Shown here in pieces: positions 38,817-51,000 of a stretch of 64,000 nucleotides of DNA. The DNA comes from a virus. The stretch spans positions 26,774 to 90,773 of IMG/VR virus record IMGVR_UViG_3300031576_000019. One strand, 5' to 3'. Position 1 is the first letter of the stretch, and every line of letters starts with the position of its first letter. The notes under the pieces were generated by a model, which ran no database searches, had not been told where the DNA came from, and worked only from the letters and a program-made list of their open reading frames with translations. Both the position numbers and the translations under genes were made by a program.

Positions 38817-41800
38817 GAGATAAACTTCCTTGAGCCAATGGTCAGGCTTAGATTTCCGGGTGAAAACGTGAAATCGTAGCCATTGACGATGACGGTCTTT
38901 AATACCGCTCGACTGGTGGCTACCAGAGTGTACGAGATGACAACCTTATCCTCATTCTCAATGTTGAGGATTGCCCCAACCTCCATGCCATGCGTCTCAA
39001 TGCTCTCCTTGATCTCTCTAAACATACGGGTAGCCATATCCGCCGCCTGAGCGGCCGTTGACCGCGACATCTGCCGGATACCCATCACAAAGCCGTAGTC
39101 CGCCATCAGTCCTGGGTCCATCACCTCTACAATCTCATCCGCATAAATCCGCAGGAACGATACCGCCTCGGTAATGTTCTCCGAATCGGAGTCGCGCAGG
39201 GTCGTAGTAGTGAGCGTGTTCAGCACATCACGCGTGTCAAATACCGAAAAGTACAGGCTTCCTCCTGATTTAGAGAAATACTTGATAGGTCGATCCTGAA
39301 TCGCATTGCCAATCAGTTGTAGACCGGCCACATCATTGTCAATGCTAAAACCATCCCGGCGCATATCTAGTTCGGGCACCCGCAGATTGTAGAGCGTGCC
39401 AGTCGCCTGTTGAAAATAGATGTAGTTGAGTGCGCTGGCATTAAAGAGAGTCGTGTAAAAGGTTGCCGCATGAGCATTGTTGACATAGACCGTGATGAAG
39501 TTTCCCGTGGCCACAACCCGGATCAGCACAAAACTTGATGCGCCAATGATATCCGTGGGAAGTGTGTGCGACTCCACATAATTGGTAAAATCGGTGTTCT
39601 GATAGAGCCGGCAATAATATGTGCCGGAGGTGTTTTCAATCCGCATTACCAACCCTGTTGAATTGGAGTTGGCCCGGAAGCGGAGCGACACCCAATTTCC
39701 CGTTGCAATAGGGGCCGAAGTAAAATGAGCGGTAAAGTCTTTGCGGGTAAGGCTGGCGGCCTGAATGGCGCTTGTGGATGTGCTGGAAGTCAAAGAATAG
39801 GCAGAGCCAAAGGTCGGTAAACGCGCACCAGCCATATAGGTCGTCCGTGTCAGGACGCTCTCAATGTTCTCGTCTGGCACATAGTCCAACGCCATGAAAG
39901 ATTCAAGTTGGACAAACTCATCACAAAACGTAAAGGCGAGAGCCTGATCGGGATGAGCGACCGGAGAGGTGTCACCCCATCCCCGCACACAATTATAGAG
40001 ACAGGGCGCGATATTAGCCGTCATAGTTTCGGGGTCCCCAAAGATACGTCGGCTTGGGCTCTCGGCAACGTCTGGAATGTTAGAGGCACAGTGAACACGC
40101 AGGGTCGCTCCGGCTGGATATTCAATATTTTGGCCCGGCAGGGCGTAAGTCGTCAGGTCAATCCGATAGGTGATGCCCGGAATGGCGCACTCAGGAAAGG
40201 TGACTGCATAGTTCTTGTAGCCGAAAACCTCGTCATTTGGATTGGTGGGTGTGGTGACCTTTAGGTCTACACGATGGTCATAGCCCTCAATCGCTTGTGG
40301 AAACCAGACTTCACCCGGAAGTCGCTCGGCGGCCCAGGCAAAACCGGTGTCGTTCATGTCGGGCACGTTACTGTAAGTCGTCTTAGCCCCGTAGTATATT
40401 TCCTCGTCTTCAATCTGAACATAACCGGATGACGGAACCTCGCTCCAGCGCGAATCCCCATATACACGCAGAGCAATAGTGTTGGACATTTTGTCCAAGC
40501 CGTAAGAATAAAAATTGAGCGGCGCAATCCGGGCAAATACGCCTACCTTCCCTTTGCCATTGTCACTCGGACAAATCAATTGTAGCGACTGTCCACCCGG
40601 AAGAGTGGAGTCTACCCAATCCTGAGTAATCTTGGGCAACCCCCAATTCATTAGTGTCGTGGCGTCGGTGGTCAAGTAACACCGGAATTTTCCGCCTGTA
40701 TGCACAAAACGCATACGGTAATTCACGTTGACACTGACTGTTGCTGAGGCAATAGCGATGGAGGTGTAAATCCCATCCCGGCATCTCTGAAACAGGAGAT
40801 TGTTGGTCGTGCCCTTCGTGATGCGAAAGACCAGGAAATTCTTGTTGTCTACTCCTAAACCAATCAGCCCAACACTGGAAGATTCGGCCGTCACTGTGCC
40901 CCGAAACGAAACCTTGGCGCTAATGTCGAAGTCCTCGGTCTCATTCGGGGAGGTTGAGAACGCAATCCCATCTACCGTCTGAGAACTATAGTTAAGCGTG
41001 CCACTCACATTGGGGATCAGGCTAAGGTCATCAATATAGCAAGTGCCGGTTGAGGCGTCGTCAAAGAAAATCCGCACATAGTTACCAGTGGCCGAGTCTA
41101 CACTCGGCGTAAATCCTGTCGAAAGCGTGGCCCATTCAGTAGTCACATCCGTCTGATCTACCACTACGCTGGCCGCCGCACCCGCCACACCCCAGTTACC
41201 ACCTGCCTCTAATCTTATCGTCTTGGCTCCGCCTGCAATCGCCGTGATGTGTATCTTGACCTCAATGGTATAGGCGGTGTCTTTTAGGACAGCCGGAAGT
41301 GACCGCGACACCCCAAAATTGGCAGTAGTAGCCCCACCTGTCTTGGAAATCCGCATGGAGTAACTGCCGCTGTAGTATTGGTCTGGATTGAAACCGTAAG
41401 TGCCGGTTGCCCCCGTATCGTACTGTGACCACTCGGCGTTGTACAACGGAGCCTCAAAACCCGTATTCCCACCCGCCATATTCGCGGCCATTGCAATCCA
41501 CGAGTCTCCGTGGACGACGTATAGACTGTCCATCAAATCGCAAGGGTCAAAGTGTTTGAGTTGGCTGTTGAGCGCGCGATAGACTGGCGACTTATAATCC
41601 TTAAGGCGTGTGAACAAACGGTCACGCAGGTCAAGTCTCAGCGTCTCTTGGCCAGCACTGGTCGCGCGTTCCACACCACCAATGACACCCTGTAAAACAG
41701 TGACATATTCGTCACCCGCTGTAGTTTTATAGCCCAGTTCAATCTGGACTTCCGAACCCTTCTTCACGATAGCATGATTGAGATAAGTGCCATCGCCGTT

Positions 41801-43024
41801 GGCCAGCGCCAAGGTGCCCGAAGGCGAAGTACCTGTCCCTGGTGAATTGTGGGTGATTTCCAGAACATCTGCGCTTGGCACCACCAGTTTGCGTGTTGCA
41901 TTGTCACCAGTCTCGTCCAGAATAGTTGTGGTGTCCGTCCGATAGACGCGCACCATCCCCACACAGTAGAGATAATTTCCAACTTGGTGTATCTTGCCCT
42001 TGATTTCTGTGGCTGTGATGGGCAGGCCAAACTCAATAAAACTATCCCGATCCAGGGCGGTCCAATCAACACCGTTGGGGGAGTGTAACAAAACTTCCAT
42101 TTCGGGTGAGTACCCATTCTGGTTGTCCCGCTTAATACGAGCCGTCAAAACAATTTTGCCATTGATAATTGAGGCCCGACAAGGGTAAAACTTGGTATAT
42201 TCGTCGGGGAAGATGGGACGCGGATCGCCCCAGTTGCCCTGATAGCACGACACCGCATAATGACGATTCGTGTTGCCCTGACTGTAAATGATCAATGCGC
42301 CGCCTTTTGCCAATCCGTCTGTGTCAGGCAACGGCACAGCATCAAAGAAGGTGGTGCTATAGAAGCCTGCTCCCGTCGCCAATGGAGGAAAGGTCGTAGT
42401 GCCATAAATGCGGCGCGGCATCTCCGAAGTGCTCCATACCCCGCCCGCCAATACCACCCGTTCAACACGTACCGCCCATCCATAGATTGAGCAGACATAC
42501 AGCTCGGCGGTGGTGGCCGAGACGGCCACAGGCGCAATCGTGTAGGACGAACTTCCAAAAGCAAGATTCAAGAGCACGGCAACAGTCGGTGCGCTCCATG
42601 TGACCCCATCATCCACCGAAGTCTTGAAGTTAAGGAACTGTCCACTCGCATAATAGAGATAGATCGTTCCATTGGTCGCCTGAATGAGTCCTGGATTACA
42701 GTAGTTTTGAGTGGTAGTGGCCAAGTTGGTCCAAGCCACTGTCCAGTTGGAGGCAGTGCTGGGCGTGACCACGCGCTGGACGTGCAGACCCACCGTTCCG
42801 GTATAGGCGCGTAGAATCGTGCCCGCCTGAGTAGCCAAACTGTCTCCATAGCAAAAACGCTCTCCCAGTGTGGTCACCTCGTCGCCTGGAAGACCAAAAG
42901 GATTACTGGGAGTAATGGCAAAGAAATCCCAATCCATTAGCGTGTTCCGCACAGTTACGCGCGCTAATGGATAGCGATGATTGGCCAGTCCTGCATCTTT
43001 GAGAGTAGTGCTTATAGTTCTCAT
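38813..43024 (-). CDS. Large tail-tip/hub protein with an Asp-box and carbohydrate-binding-like modules
   Basis: SVDDGVTW Asp-box, VQIELGY hub-like segment, NTGFE CBM-like start. Confidence 0.65.
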   Translation of the reverse strand: MRTISTTLKDAGLANHRYPLARVTVRNTLMDWDFFAITPSNPFGLPGDEVTTLGERFCYGDSLATQAGTILRAYTGTVGLHVQRVVTPSTASNWTVAWTNLATTTQNYCNPGLIQATNGTIYLYYASGQFLNFKTSVDDGVTWSAPTVAVLLNLAFGSSSYTIAPVAVSATTAELYVCSIYGWAVRVERVVLAGGVWSTSEMPRRIYGTTTFPPLATGAGFYSTTFFDAVPLPDTDGLAKGGALIIYSQGNTNRHYAVSCYQGNWGDPRPIFPDEYTKFYPCRASIINGKIVLTARIKRDNQNGYSPEMEVLLHSPNGVDWTALDRDSFIEFGLPITATEIKGKIHQVGNYLYCVGMVRVYRTDTTTILDETGDNATRKLVVPSADVLEITHNSPGTGTSPSGTLALANGDGTYLNHAIVKKGSEVQIELGYKTTAGDEYVTVLQGVIGGVERATSAGQETLRLDLRDRLFTRLKDYKSPVYRALNSQLKHFDPCDLMDSLYVVHGDSWIAMAANMAGGNTGFEAPLYNAEWSQYDTGATGTYGFNPDQYYSGSYSMRISKTGGATTANFGVSRSLPAVLKDTAYTIEVKIHITAIAGGAKTIRLEAGGNWGVAGAAASVVVDQTDVTTEWATLSTGFTPSVDSATGNYVRIFFDDASTGTCYIDDLSLIPNVSGTLNYSSQTVDGIAFSTSPNETEDFDISAKVSFRGTVTAESSSVGLIGLGVDNKNFLVFRITKGTTNNLLFQRCRDGIYTSIAIASATVSVNVNYRMRFVHTGGKFRCYLTTDATTLMNWGLPKITQDWVDSTLPGGQSLQLICPSDNGKGKVGVFARIAPLNFYSYGLDKMSNTIALRVYGDSRWSEVPSSGYVQIEDEEIYYGAKTTYSNVPDMNDTGFAWAAERLPGEVWFPQAIEGYDHRVDLKVTTPTNPNDEVFGYKNYAVTFPECAIPGITYRIDLTTYALPGQNIEYPAGATLRVHCASNIPDVAESPSRRIFGDPETMTANIAPCLYNCVRGWGDTSPVAHPDQALAFTFCDEFVQLESFMALDYVPDENIESVLTRTTYMAGARLPTFGSAYSLTSSTSTSAIQAASLTRKDFTAHFTSAPIATGNWVSLRFRANSNSTGLVMRIENTSGTYYCRLYQNTDFTNYVESHTLPTDIIGASSFVLIRVVATGNFITVYVNNAHAATFYTTLFNASALNYIYFQQATGTLYNLRVPELDMRRDGFSIDNDVAGLQLIGNAIQDRPIKYFSKSGGSLYFSVFDTRDVLNTLTTTTLRDSDSENITEAVSFLRIYADEIVEVMDPGLMADYGFVMGIRQMSRSTAAQAADMATRMFREIKESIETHGMEVGAILNIENEDKVVISYTLVATSRAVLKTVIVNGYDFTFSPGNLSLTIGSRKFIS

Positions 43025-43461
43025 ACGGTCTGCTCAAAGGTAATAGTGATGTAGTACCAAGCGAGTGTGCCCGTTAAGTTATAGGTCACGTTTTCTACTG
43101 AAAGGTCGCCGGTGAGGAAAATACTTACACTATCTCCGATCCCGTCACCGTCTGTGTCCACGTTGGAGAAAAAGGTGATGATGGTTGAAGGTGAACCGTT
43201 GGGATTGCTATAAGCGAAGAAGCTCTCTAAGTCGGCCCGCGTGCCATAGTTTGAGTCCAGCTCCGTGTGGCGCAACTTGACGGTCATTTGCCACCGCTTC
43301 ACAATCGGCCCGTACTGCACATCAGCATCCCCAGTTAGAGCGCGGGTGACCGTCTGTATCTTGGACTGAATCGGCAAAGGGCCCGCCAAGACCCTCAGGC
43401 GTTTATCCAAAGTGCTGGTTGAATTGCGAAACCGACAATACGCGAGTGTGGACGCGGCCAC
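43021..43461 (-). CDS. Distal tail (Dit-like) protein
   Basis: Size and position between the tape measure and the hub. Confidence 0.5.
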   Translation of the reverse strand: MAASTLAYCRFRNSTSTLDKRLRVLAGPLPIQSKIQTVTRALTGDADVQYGPIVKRWQMTVKLRHTELDSNYGTRADLESFFAYSNPNGSPSTIITFFSNVDTDGDGIGDSVSIFLTGDLSVENVTYNLTGTLAWYYITITFEQTV

Positions 43462-43530
43462 AGAAACAGTCCTTTCCTATAGAAAGTTTAGCGATTGCTA
43501 TTCATCTGTAGTCTGTATCTTGGGGCAAAG

Positions 43531-44262
43531 CTAATCTTTGGGGAAGTTCAATTTTGCTTTTGAGCCACGTAATTCTTTGGCCATGGCGTCGTAGGCGTGG
43601 GCGGCCTTAACGGGGTCGGTGAAATGGCCCAAGAAGATGTTCTTTCCGTTTTTCTCAATGCCACATCTCCAAGCATTGTTTCTTCCACCCGCCCAAGAGA
43701 CACCTCTGTAGCCACTGGTGTTGTTGGAAGGAATTGTGGAGTTCCTCTTCTGAGGAGCCTCGGAAACTTGGTCGGGGAAATTGAGGACGGCCCATTGACC
43801 ATGTAGTTCGCGGGCGGCTATATCATAAGCACGAGCGGCTTCTTCGGGCGTATTAAACACACCGAGATGATGGTACTTGTGGTTGGCGGTAATGCTTGCC
43901 TGCCACGCCTTGTTATTCAGATATACGCCTTTGTAACCGCTAATCGTATGCTGTCGTCCTCGTCTGTTTTGCATATTCTGGCATTGGGTTGCTAGACGGA
44001 GATTGTCACGGCGGGTATCAAGGGTATTTCTGTTTTTGTGGTCAACCTTCTCAGAACTCAGAAGCCCTCGATCCAACATACGTTCCATAACAAGACGGTG
44101 CAAAGATTTCTTTCTCCTCTTGCCCATCTCGTATCTTTGTGTAATCGCGTAAATGTGCAGTCCATTTGATGTGTATGGACACCATACAAGTTCGCATAAA
44201 TCCGCATCCTCATCATCTATCAAGAAGGTAAACGGAGTATTTTGAGTGAGTATCTCAACCAT
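43531..44262 (-). CDS. HNH endonuclease with two AP2 domains (homing-endonuclease type)
   Basis: VDHKNRNTLD.R..NLR; two SGY(K/R)GV...HLG.F...AA.AYD..A.EL.G..A.LNFP-type units. Confidence 0.9.
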   Translation of the reverse strand: MVEILTQNTPFTFLIDDEDADLCELVWCPYTSNGLHIYAITQRYEMGKRRKKSLHRLVMERMLDRGLLSSEKVDHKNRNTLDTRRDNLRLATQCQNMQNRRGRQHTISGYKGVYLNNKAWQASITANHKYHHLGVFNTPEEAARAYDIAARELHGQWAVLNFPDQVSEAPQKRNSTIPSNNTSGYRGVSWAGGRNNAWRCGIEKNGKNIFLGHFTDPVKAAHAYDAMAKELRGSKAKLNFPKD

Positions 44263-44268
44263 CTCAGC

Positions 44269-44316
44269 CTCTGTTTGCTATCTGTTTCATTAGGAGTAAA
44301 ATATGAACATGGAAAC
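44269..44316. repeat. 48-bp perfect direct repeat, copy 1 (copy 2 at 53417-53464)
   Basis: ctctgtttgctatctgtttcattaggagtaaaatatgaacatggaaac is identical at both loci. Confidence 0.95.
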
Positions 44317-44413
44317 AATCATGCCATACCTATGTATGGGCTTTGTTCTTCTAATTTCGCTCGTCGCTATTGTGGGCGCAATGGCCTTGCTTGGAAAAAT
44401 TATGCACGGCTAG
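44303..44413 (+). CDS. 36-aa single-TM peptide (type I toxin-like), copy 1
   Basis: AGGAG RBS; MNMETIMPYLCMGFVLLISLVAIVGAMALLGKIMHG; paralogue at 53451. Confidence 0.7.
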   Translation: MNMETIMPYLCMGFVLLISLVAIVGAMALLGKIMHG

Positions 44414-44651
44414 AACACTCATCATTCTCACCCAGGATGGCGCATAACAGCGCCATCCCCTCCCATAACTTCGGGAAGTCTCGGTCAGCAAGAGGTACGC
44501 CCTTCTTCGGAAACGTCTGGCGGGCCAAGTCGAAATGGCGGCGAGCCGTCTGCAACTCGCTTATCTCCCGCGATGAGTTCCACTCTCTGAAGTGCTGGAG
44601 TCCTGTGTCGCCCAGGGCAAAAGAAGCCTCGGCAGTAAAAGTAGTCTTCAT
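44400..44651 (-). CDS. Hypothetical 83-aa protein
   Basis: AGGAG RBS and its own consensus promoter. Confidence 0.6.
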   Translation of the reverse strand: MKTTFTAEASFALGDTGLQHFREWNSSREISELQTARRHFDLARQTFPKKGVPLADRDFPKLWEGMALLCAILGENDECSSRA

Positions 44652-44687
44652 GTTTGTCTCCTGTATGGGTTGGCCGATAATCTGCCC

Positions 44688-44763
44688 ATAGTATCACACA
44701 CATCATTGTGTGTCAAGACACACAATGAGTTTCATTGACAAAACCTGTATGTTAGTGCATAAT
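44688..44763. promoter_or_regulatory. Back-to-back sigma70 promoters with a palindromic operator
   Basis: - strand: TTGACA(44716-44711)-17-TACTAT(44693-44688). + strand: TTGACA(44735-44740)-17-CATAAT(44758-44763). Palindrome tcattgtgtgtc-aa-gacacacaatga at 44703-44728. Confidence 0.8.
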
Positions 44764-44770
44764 GACACAT

Positions 44771-44965
44771 ATGCCTACCCGAGTGAGAATTCCATTTTCG
44801 ACAACCCTTGACCCCGACATCTTGGATGCGGCACGAGCAAAGTCAGAGGAAACTGGCCTGCCACTATCTACGGTGGTTGAGAGATTTCTGGCTCACTGGG
44901 TCAATGGGGGTTCTGTCCCCCCCAAGCAGGCGGTAGAGAGAGGACATCCACCAAGATCAAAATAA
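44771..44965 (+). CDS. Ribbon-helix-helix DNA-binding protein, probably leaderless
   Basis: FSTTLDPDIL..A...SEETGLPLSTVVERFL; ATG 7 nt after the -10 box. Confidence 0.7.
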   Translation: MPTRVRIPFSTTLDPDILDAARAKSEETGLPLSTVVERFLAHWVNGGSVPPKQAVERGHPPRSK

Positions 44966-45000
44966 CTCTACCCAATCCCTCCAAGTTGGAGGGATTTTTG

Positions 45001-48000
45001 TTAGAGCGCGCTCTGACGACGAAGCGTCTTAGCTTGCCGCCGCTCAATCCTGGCCGCAATCTGATCACCGTCCAGAATAACATAAACATCGCCATATCCG
45101 CCATTTCCCTCCAACTTGGAGGAACCAGGGCGGGGAAGGTCAGGGGGTTGACTATTCAGGGGGTAAATCGAAACATATTCATCCTCATACTCGCCTACTC
45201 GAAGCAGTTGGTTTTTGGTTGCCAAGAACTGACGGCCCGAAGCAACTGGAATAGCCTCTTCGCCGCCACTATTTGAACTACCACCCGTAGCGGGCGGGAC
45301 ATAGTTCGGTGGGTGAGCCACATTCGCGGCATCTTCCAGACTGGCATTACCCAGCCACTGGAACATATTCCACAGCCAGTCACCGACGCCATTGTAGAAC
45401 TTGGCCGAGGTGTCCATCATATAGCGCAGGCCAGCTTCGTTCTCGCCCTGTTTTCGGCCAAGTTCTGTGGCGGCCGCTTGGGCATCTTTCATTAGTTTGG
45501 CATAGTGTAGACCGGAACCAATACCCGCCAGCTGGTTCTCCTGCTGGAGCTTCCAATGCGTGCGCTCCAGGTTTCGCTGTTCATCCTCAATCGCTTCGCT
45601 CTCCGCCAGCCAGCCCCGCTGTGCCGCAATCCGGTCAGACTCTAACGCCTGATTTTCATAGAAGTTTCCCTTTTCCATGTCCATGCGTTGCATCGAGAGC
45701 TTGAACATTTCCTCTGACCGGTTCTGTTCAACCGCTAGACGCTCCACCTGGGTCTTGAATTGTTCCGCCGCCCGGACGGTTTCAGTCTTGTAGCGGTCAT
45801 CCTCATCCTTCCACAACTTGCGCTGTCGTGACTCAACTTTGTTTTGCTGTGTCTCCTCGGCGTTGTGGTCAAGGGTGGTGCGCTTCTTTTGCCTTTCAAG
45901 TTGACGCCGATCCCGGCCCGTCGAGAAACGGATGTCCTCATCAATATCCTCCATCGCCCAACCAAAGTGCTGTTGGTTTTGACCGCGCTGGAAGGCAAAG
46001 TCTTGTGATTGCCAGTTGCGTGATTGGGCGCTTTGCATCCGACCAAAGGAGAAATCCTCTAACTGATAGCCCCGTTGAAGGTTGACCTGCTGGCCCCGGA
46101 AGGAGAAATCTTCTTGTTGCCAACCCTGTTGTGTCACAGCCTGGGCACGGTTGAAGTCCCAGCCAGCCTGGAATTGTCGGCCACGCATCTCTAGTCCGCG
46201 CTGAGAGAAGGCTAGATTACCTTGCGCCTGAGTCCGTTGGAGTTGGGTTGACTCATCCTGTAAGGCCCACATTCCACGGCCTTCCTGAATGGCCGAGGCG
46301 GTGCCGCCATTGATGGACCAGGGTAAAGCCTCGCCAGGTTTATAAACTGCACTCCCAGCATAAGCACCCAGTCCCTGTCCTGTCGTAAAGGCCATCCCAA
46401 TCTTTACGCCTCGAGCCGAGATACCAGACGAGGCCGCTTGTGACTGGTATGACAAGTCACTCATATAATCCTGCAGCCCCCACATACCACCATAGGTTTG
46501 GCCAACCGCATTTGGCTTGCCCTGACCCACTAGGGCCGCCTGAACCGGAGCAGAGAAATTCTTGAATGACCCCGCGATCAGCGGACTGACCTGCCCACCA
46601 GCACTCAAAATGCTATTGGTGAATAGGCTCATACCTGCCGAGCCGGTCCGCCCACCCGTCTGGTTGGTCACCCATGAGCCTGGCCCACCCATTTGAGCGC
46701 CCGCCATACTCATCGCATTGGCATTGCCTGACAATACACCCTGGGCGATGAGAGCTTCTTGGGGAGTGGCATTCCTCATCGCAACGGCTAGGTCGGCGGC
46801 CCCCTGCTCACCCATAAACTGTCCTAAGCGACCCCGAACATTCTCGCCCAGACTGCGCTGATAACTCGAAGCACCAGACATGGCTAGAGCGTAGGACTTG
46901 GCTCCCGCACCACCCAGGTCAAGCGCCGAAGCCTGAAATAGCTGGCCAAAGCGGCCGGCCCGCTGGGGGTCCTCGGCTAAGAGATTGGAAAAGTTATCTA
47001 CATTCGCAAGCCCCTGTCCTTCCAGCATTGAACGGATAGATTCAAAGCGGCCTCGTTGCACCATTCCTTGGCGACCCAAACCATAGGCGGTCGCATCACC
47101 CTCTGCTGTTCCAAGATCGGCCTGCTTGGTAAATTCAGTTATTCCGCTCCACTTGAATCCGCCTGCTAGTCCCTCCTCTAATTGCCCAAATATACTTTCT
47201 ACCAAACCATGAATAAACTTATCTCGACCAGCCAATTCGCCGGACCGAATTGCTCGGTCAAAGTTCACCTCCTGACCCTCCATCGCCAATAAATTCTCCA
47301 TCCCCAAGCCGCGCGAAGCCGCCCTCATTTGTTCGGGTGTGTATTTTTCAAGAGCGGCATAGGATTTCTGATAGGCCGTATCCATGCTGCCGCCAAGTCC
47401 GGCCTGAAGTTGTTCTGCGAACTGTTCGGGGTCGACGCCTGCCTGCATAGCCCGGAGAATTTTTTCCTCAGTCCCCTTCCAAAACTCTACTGGGGATTCT
47501 TCGCCTCCCTTGCCAGGGCCACGCCAAGCATCTGGGCCCTGCATATAATTCTGGGCTCGTGCCAGACGGGTAGAGATGCCCACGGCTACATCTTCGTCCA
47601 CACCCAAGCGAGCCATCGTGGATTCGTATCCACCAACGCCCGTTACCGCCCGTTGACGCATATAACGCGCACGATCCTCATACGACATTCCCGCCAAATC
47701 GAATTGCGACATCCCCGCCGCCACCTGCGTCTCCTCACCCACCATTTGTTGCGCGCCCGCCGATTGGCTAAACAACCACTGCCCAACTACTCCGCCCCCC
47801 AGTGCATCTCCCAAGCTCAACTGTCCAATACCCTTGTCGCCACCGTAGGTGTTATAGAGCATCTCGTTGAAGTCTTTGGGACTCTTTACATAGTGCGAGG
47901 CAGCACTCATTGCGCCAATACTGCTCGTAACTCCTCCCGCGATAACTCCAGCTGGAATAGCAAGTGGGCCCAGTATTGGCGCGGTCAACATGCCCGTCGC

Positions 48001-51000
48001 AATACCCATCCCAACGCCAGGGCCAAGAACTCCACCAATAACCGAGGCCATATTGTTTCCGCCCATCCCAGATACACCACTGACTACATCGCCCCATGTG
48101 TTGGCCATTGCGTACTGAACCCCCGCTTGCGCTTGTGCAAACTGACCAGCATAGCGTGATGTGGCCAGTCCCGTTCCCCCAAAACCAAGACCGGCCAGTG
48201 CCTGTCCAATGCGTGTGTTAGATTGAGACTGGCCAGACAATGCCTCTAGTGCGGGAGCTGTGACCTGCTGCATGGTCCACGGGAGGTACTGCGCCGACAT
48301 TAGCGCCTGACTCGTGCGATTAAGTTGGGCTAGTGGAGAACGGTCGGACATCGCTTCCGCTTGTGACACCGCCTCACCACTCAAAATACCCGCATCGCTC
48401 AGGCGCTTGGCAAATCTCTCGAGACTAGAGGCATCCGAGCGAGTGCCAGTGGTGGCACCCAAAAACAATTGACGACGCTCCATTTCCATCTCACGGTACT
48501 TCTCAGCCACTTGGGGTGAGACAGCCCCCAGTCGCATCTCAATTGCTTTAGCCGCAGAAGGATAGGCGTCTTTGCTAAAATCCAAATTCCCCCCTGCGAC
48601 ATCGGCCATGACCCCGACCCCGACACCATGCTTTTCGAGAAATTTTCCTTGCTTCTCTGTTAAATCCACAAGCCGGTCCTGATATTTGAGCTGTCGGGCC
48701 TGCACATAATTTAGCCGTTCTCCGGTTTCGCGCATGTTTCTAAAAGTAGCCGTCAGTTCTGTGGATTCCTTTATCATCCCGCCCATGTCTGCCTTCGCAA
48801 AGGCTTCTCCCGCTTGAGCCAGAGTCATCTTGGCTGTCTTGGCCCCACCCGGTCCGCCGCCTGCTTTGCCAGCCCGATAATCGGCAAAGCTCTTTTTGAC
48901 GCTCTCTTCCGTATCGCCCAGCGCCTCCGGTCCGTGTTCCAAGAACCACGCCTTTTCCCCACTATCGTCGGATAATTTCCACGGATCGATGGAAGAAACG
49001 ATATTTTTTAGCGAGCCCATTACACTCGGCTCGGACAGACGACCCGGTGCCTGGAGGGCTCCCCGAATTTTATCGAATGCCTTAAGGGGAACGCTATCGC
49101 GGGCAAACGACCCCTCGGCCCCCCTCATGCCCATCAAGTCCATCGTTGAGAAGTCACCTGTTTCGGTCAGACTCTTAAGGGCCTGAATCATCCGGGTCGT
49201 TTGTTGTGGACCCAGATTCATTTCGTTTAGAGCGTTTTGTTCGGCCTGCTCCTTCATAGCGTATTTAGAATACGATGCCGTTGCCTGAGCCACCTTTGGA
49301 ATAAAATTAGGGTCAGTCGGGTCGTAGAGAGCCGGATTAATAAACGACTGGCCCTGACGGAAACGCTCTGCCCCACCACCCACCTTCTTCTCGGCCTCCG
49401 ACACCATTCGTCTAGCCTCATCCGGTGACATCTTCTCCAGGTTGCGAAGATGCTTGGCCTCGGTCGGCATAATTTTGGCTAAGAGTAAATTGTCTGGATT
49501 TCCCAGTGAGGCATTGGATAATTTGGGAATGGCAAAGTTCAACTTCTTGGCCCAAGTTGCCAGCGTATTGTGGCCGAACATTGTCTCGCCCTTGACGGGA
49601 TAATCTCCAGTCGCGCGAGGATTGATCGCCATTCCGGTCAACCTCCCAAATCGTTGAAGGAAGTCCTCCGCCTGTGGCGCTACAATCATATTGGCCAAGG
49701 TGTTGGGCAGGTCAATCCTGTTCTCGCCCGGTTCAGGCTTGCCGCTATAAAAGCGCACCGTTTCATGGAGGCGCATCCCAAACTCGGCCCAATCAGCGTC
49801 CTTGTCTCCTAAGGGCGCTTTCTCGATCTTCCAGCGCGCGGCCGCCATGGCTTTGATAGCCGTTGGTAAAGTTCCCAACTGTCCCGCCTCGCCCCATGGA
49901 TCACGGCCCAGGACTATTCCCATTGAATTGGCAATCCAACCCGCCTTCTTCGAGGCATCCATCCCCTGCGCCTTGGCGAGTTGTGTCCGTAAGAACGCTT
50001 GTTTCTGTGGGTCATTAATAACCAGTGGAACAAGAGCTGAGGCGTCAGAAAACTCGGGAGCCGTCATCAGCGCTGTCAGCGCATCGGTCATACCCGCATT
50101 TCGGCCACCACCAGCAGCCTTGGTCATAATGCCCGAAACCTTCTCGCCCGGCTTGGGCGCTACGCCCGCTGTAGCCGGTTGCATCCGGTCACGCACAGCC
50201 ACGAGTTTCTCAAAGGCCCCCGAAAAGGCTTCGCTATCCAGCATCTTTTGATAAGCCGGAAGTACAACCTGATTGAACTGGTCTTGTCCGCCCGATAGAA
50301 CAGACAGCACGCGCCCAAAGTTGAACTCTTTGCCCATACCCGCCTTGTACTCCAGCGTCTCGGCCAAAGCCTTCTGAACCGCCTCGGGAGTTGTATGTCC
50401 AAAGGTTCCCAGTTTGTCAACCATCCCCAGCATAGAGGTCTTCAATCTCTCAAAGTCATATTTGCCGGTACTTTTATCAAATCCCCACTCCCGCGCATCT
50501 TTGGCCCACTTGTTGATTTCTTGGGTGCCGAGACCAGAGAACTTCTCGTCCATGAGTTTCTGGCGATTTACAACCTCGTCCGAACTCATCCCTGGCCGAA
50601 TGCCGTTGGCCCGGACCACAAATGCGCGGCCAGTCCGCTGAACACTCAATGCGCCAATACCCGAAATGCCAGACGCATCCGGGTCAAAGTCGCCGATGTT
50701 GATAGACTGAACCTCTTTGTTCAACAAAATCCCGTCGGGGAGATTTGAGGGTGTCACTCGCAAATTGAGCAGGTTGGCATCCGAAATGTTGGGGTTGCGC
50801 CAGGTGTAAGCCCCCACGTTGTTTTCGCGCAGGTAACTCTTAAGCGCCAGAAGTTCCGGGGGTGTCCGAACTTTGAACATTCGCATGAGTTGGGCATCTC
50901 CCAACCGCATCTCGTTAATTGGAACATCCTGAACGCCCGGAAGCGCAGATACCGGACCACCGGTGGCGTTCCTGGGATAGAAGGATGTCAGCGCCTTGTG

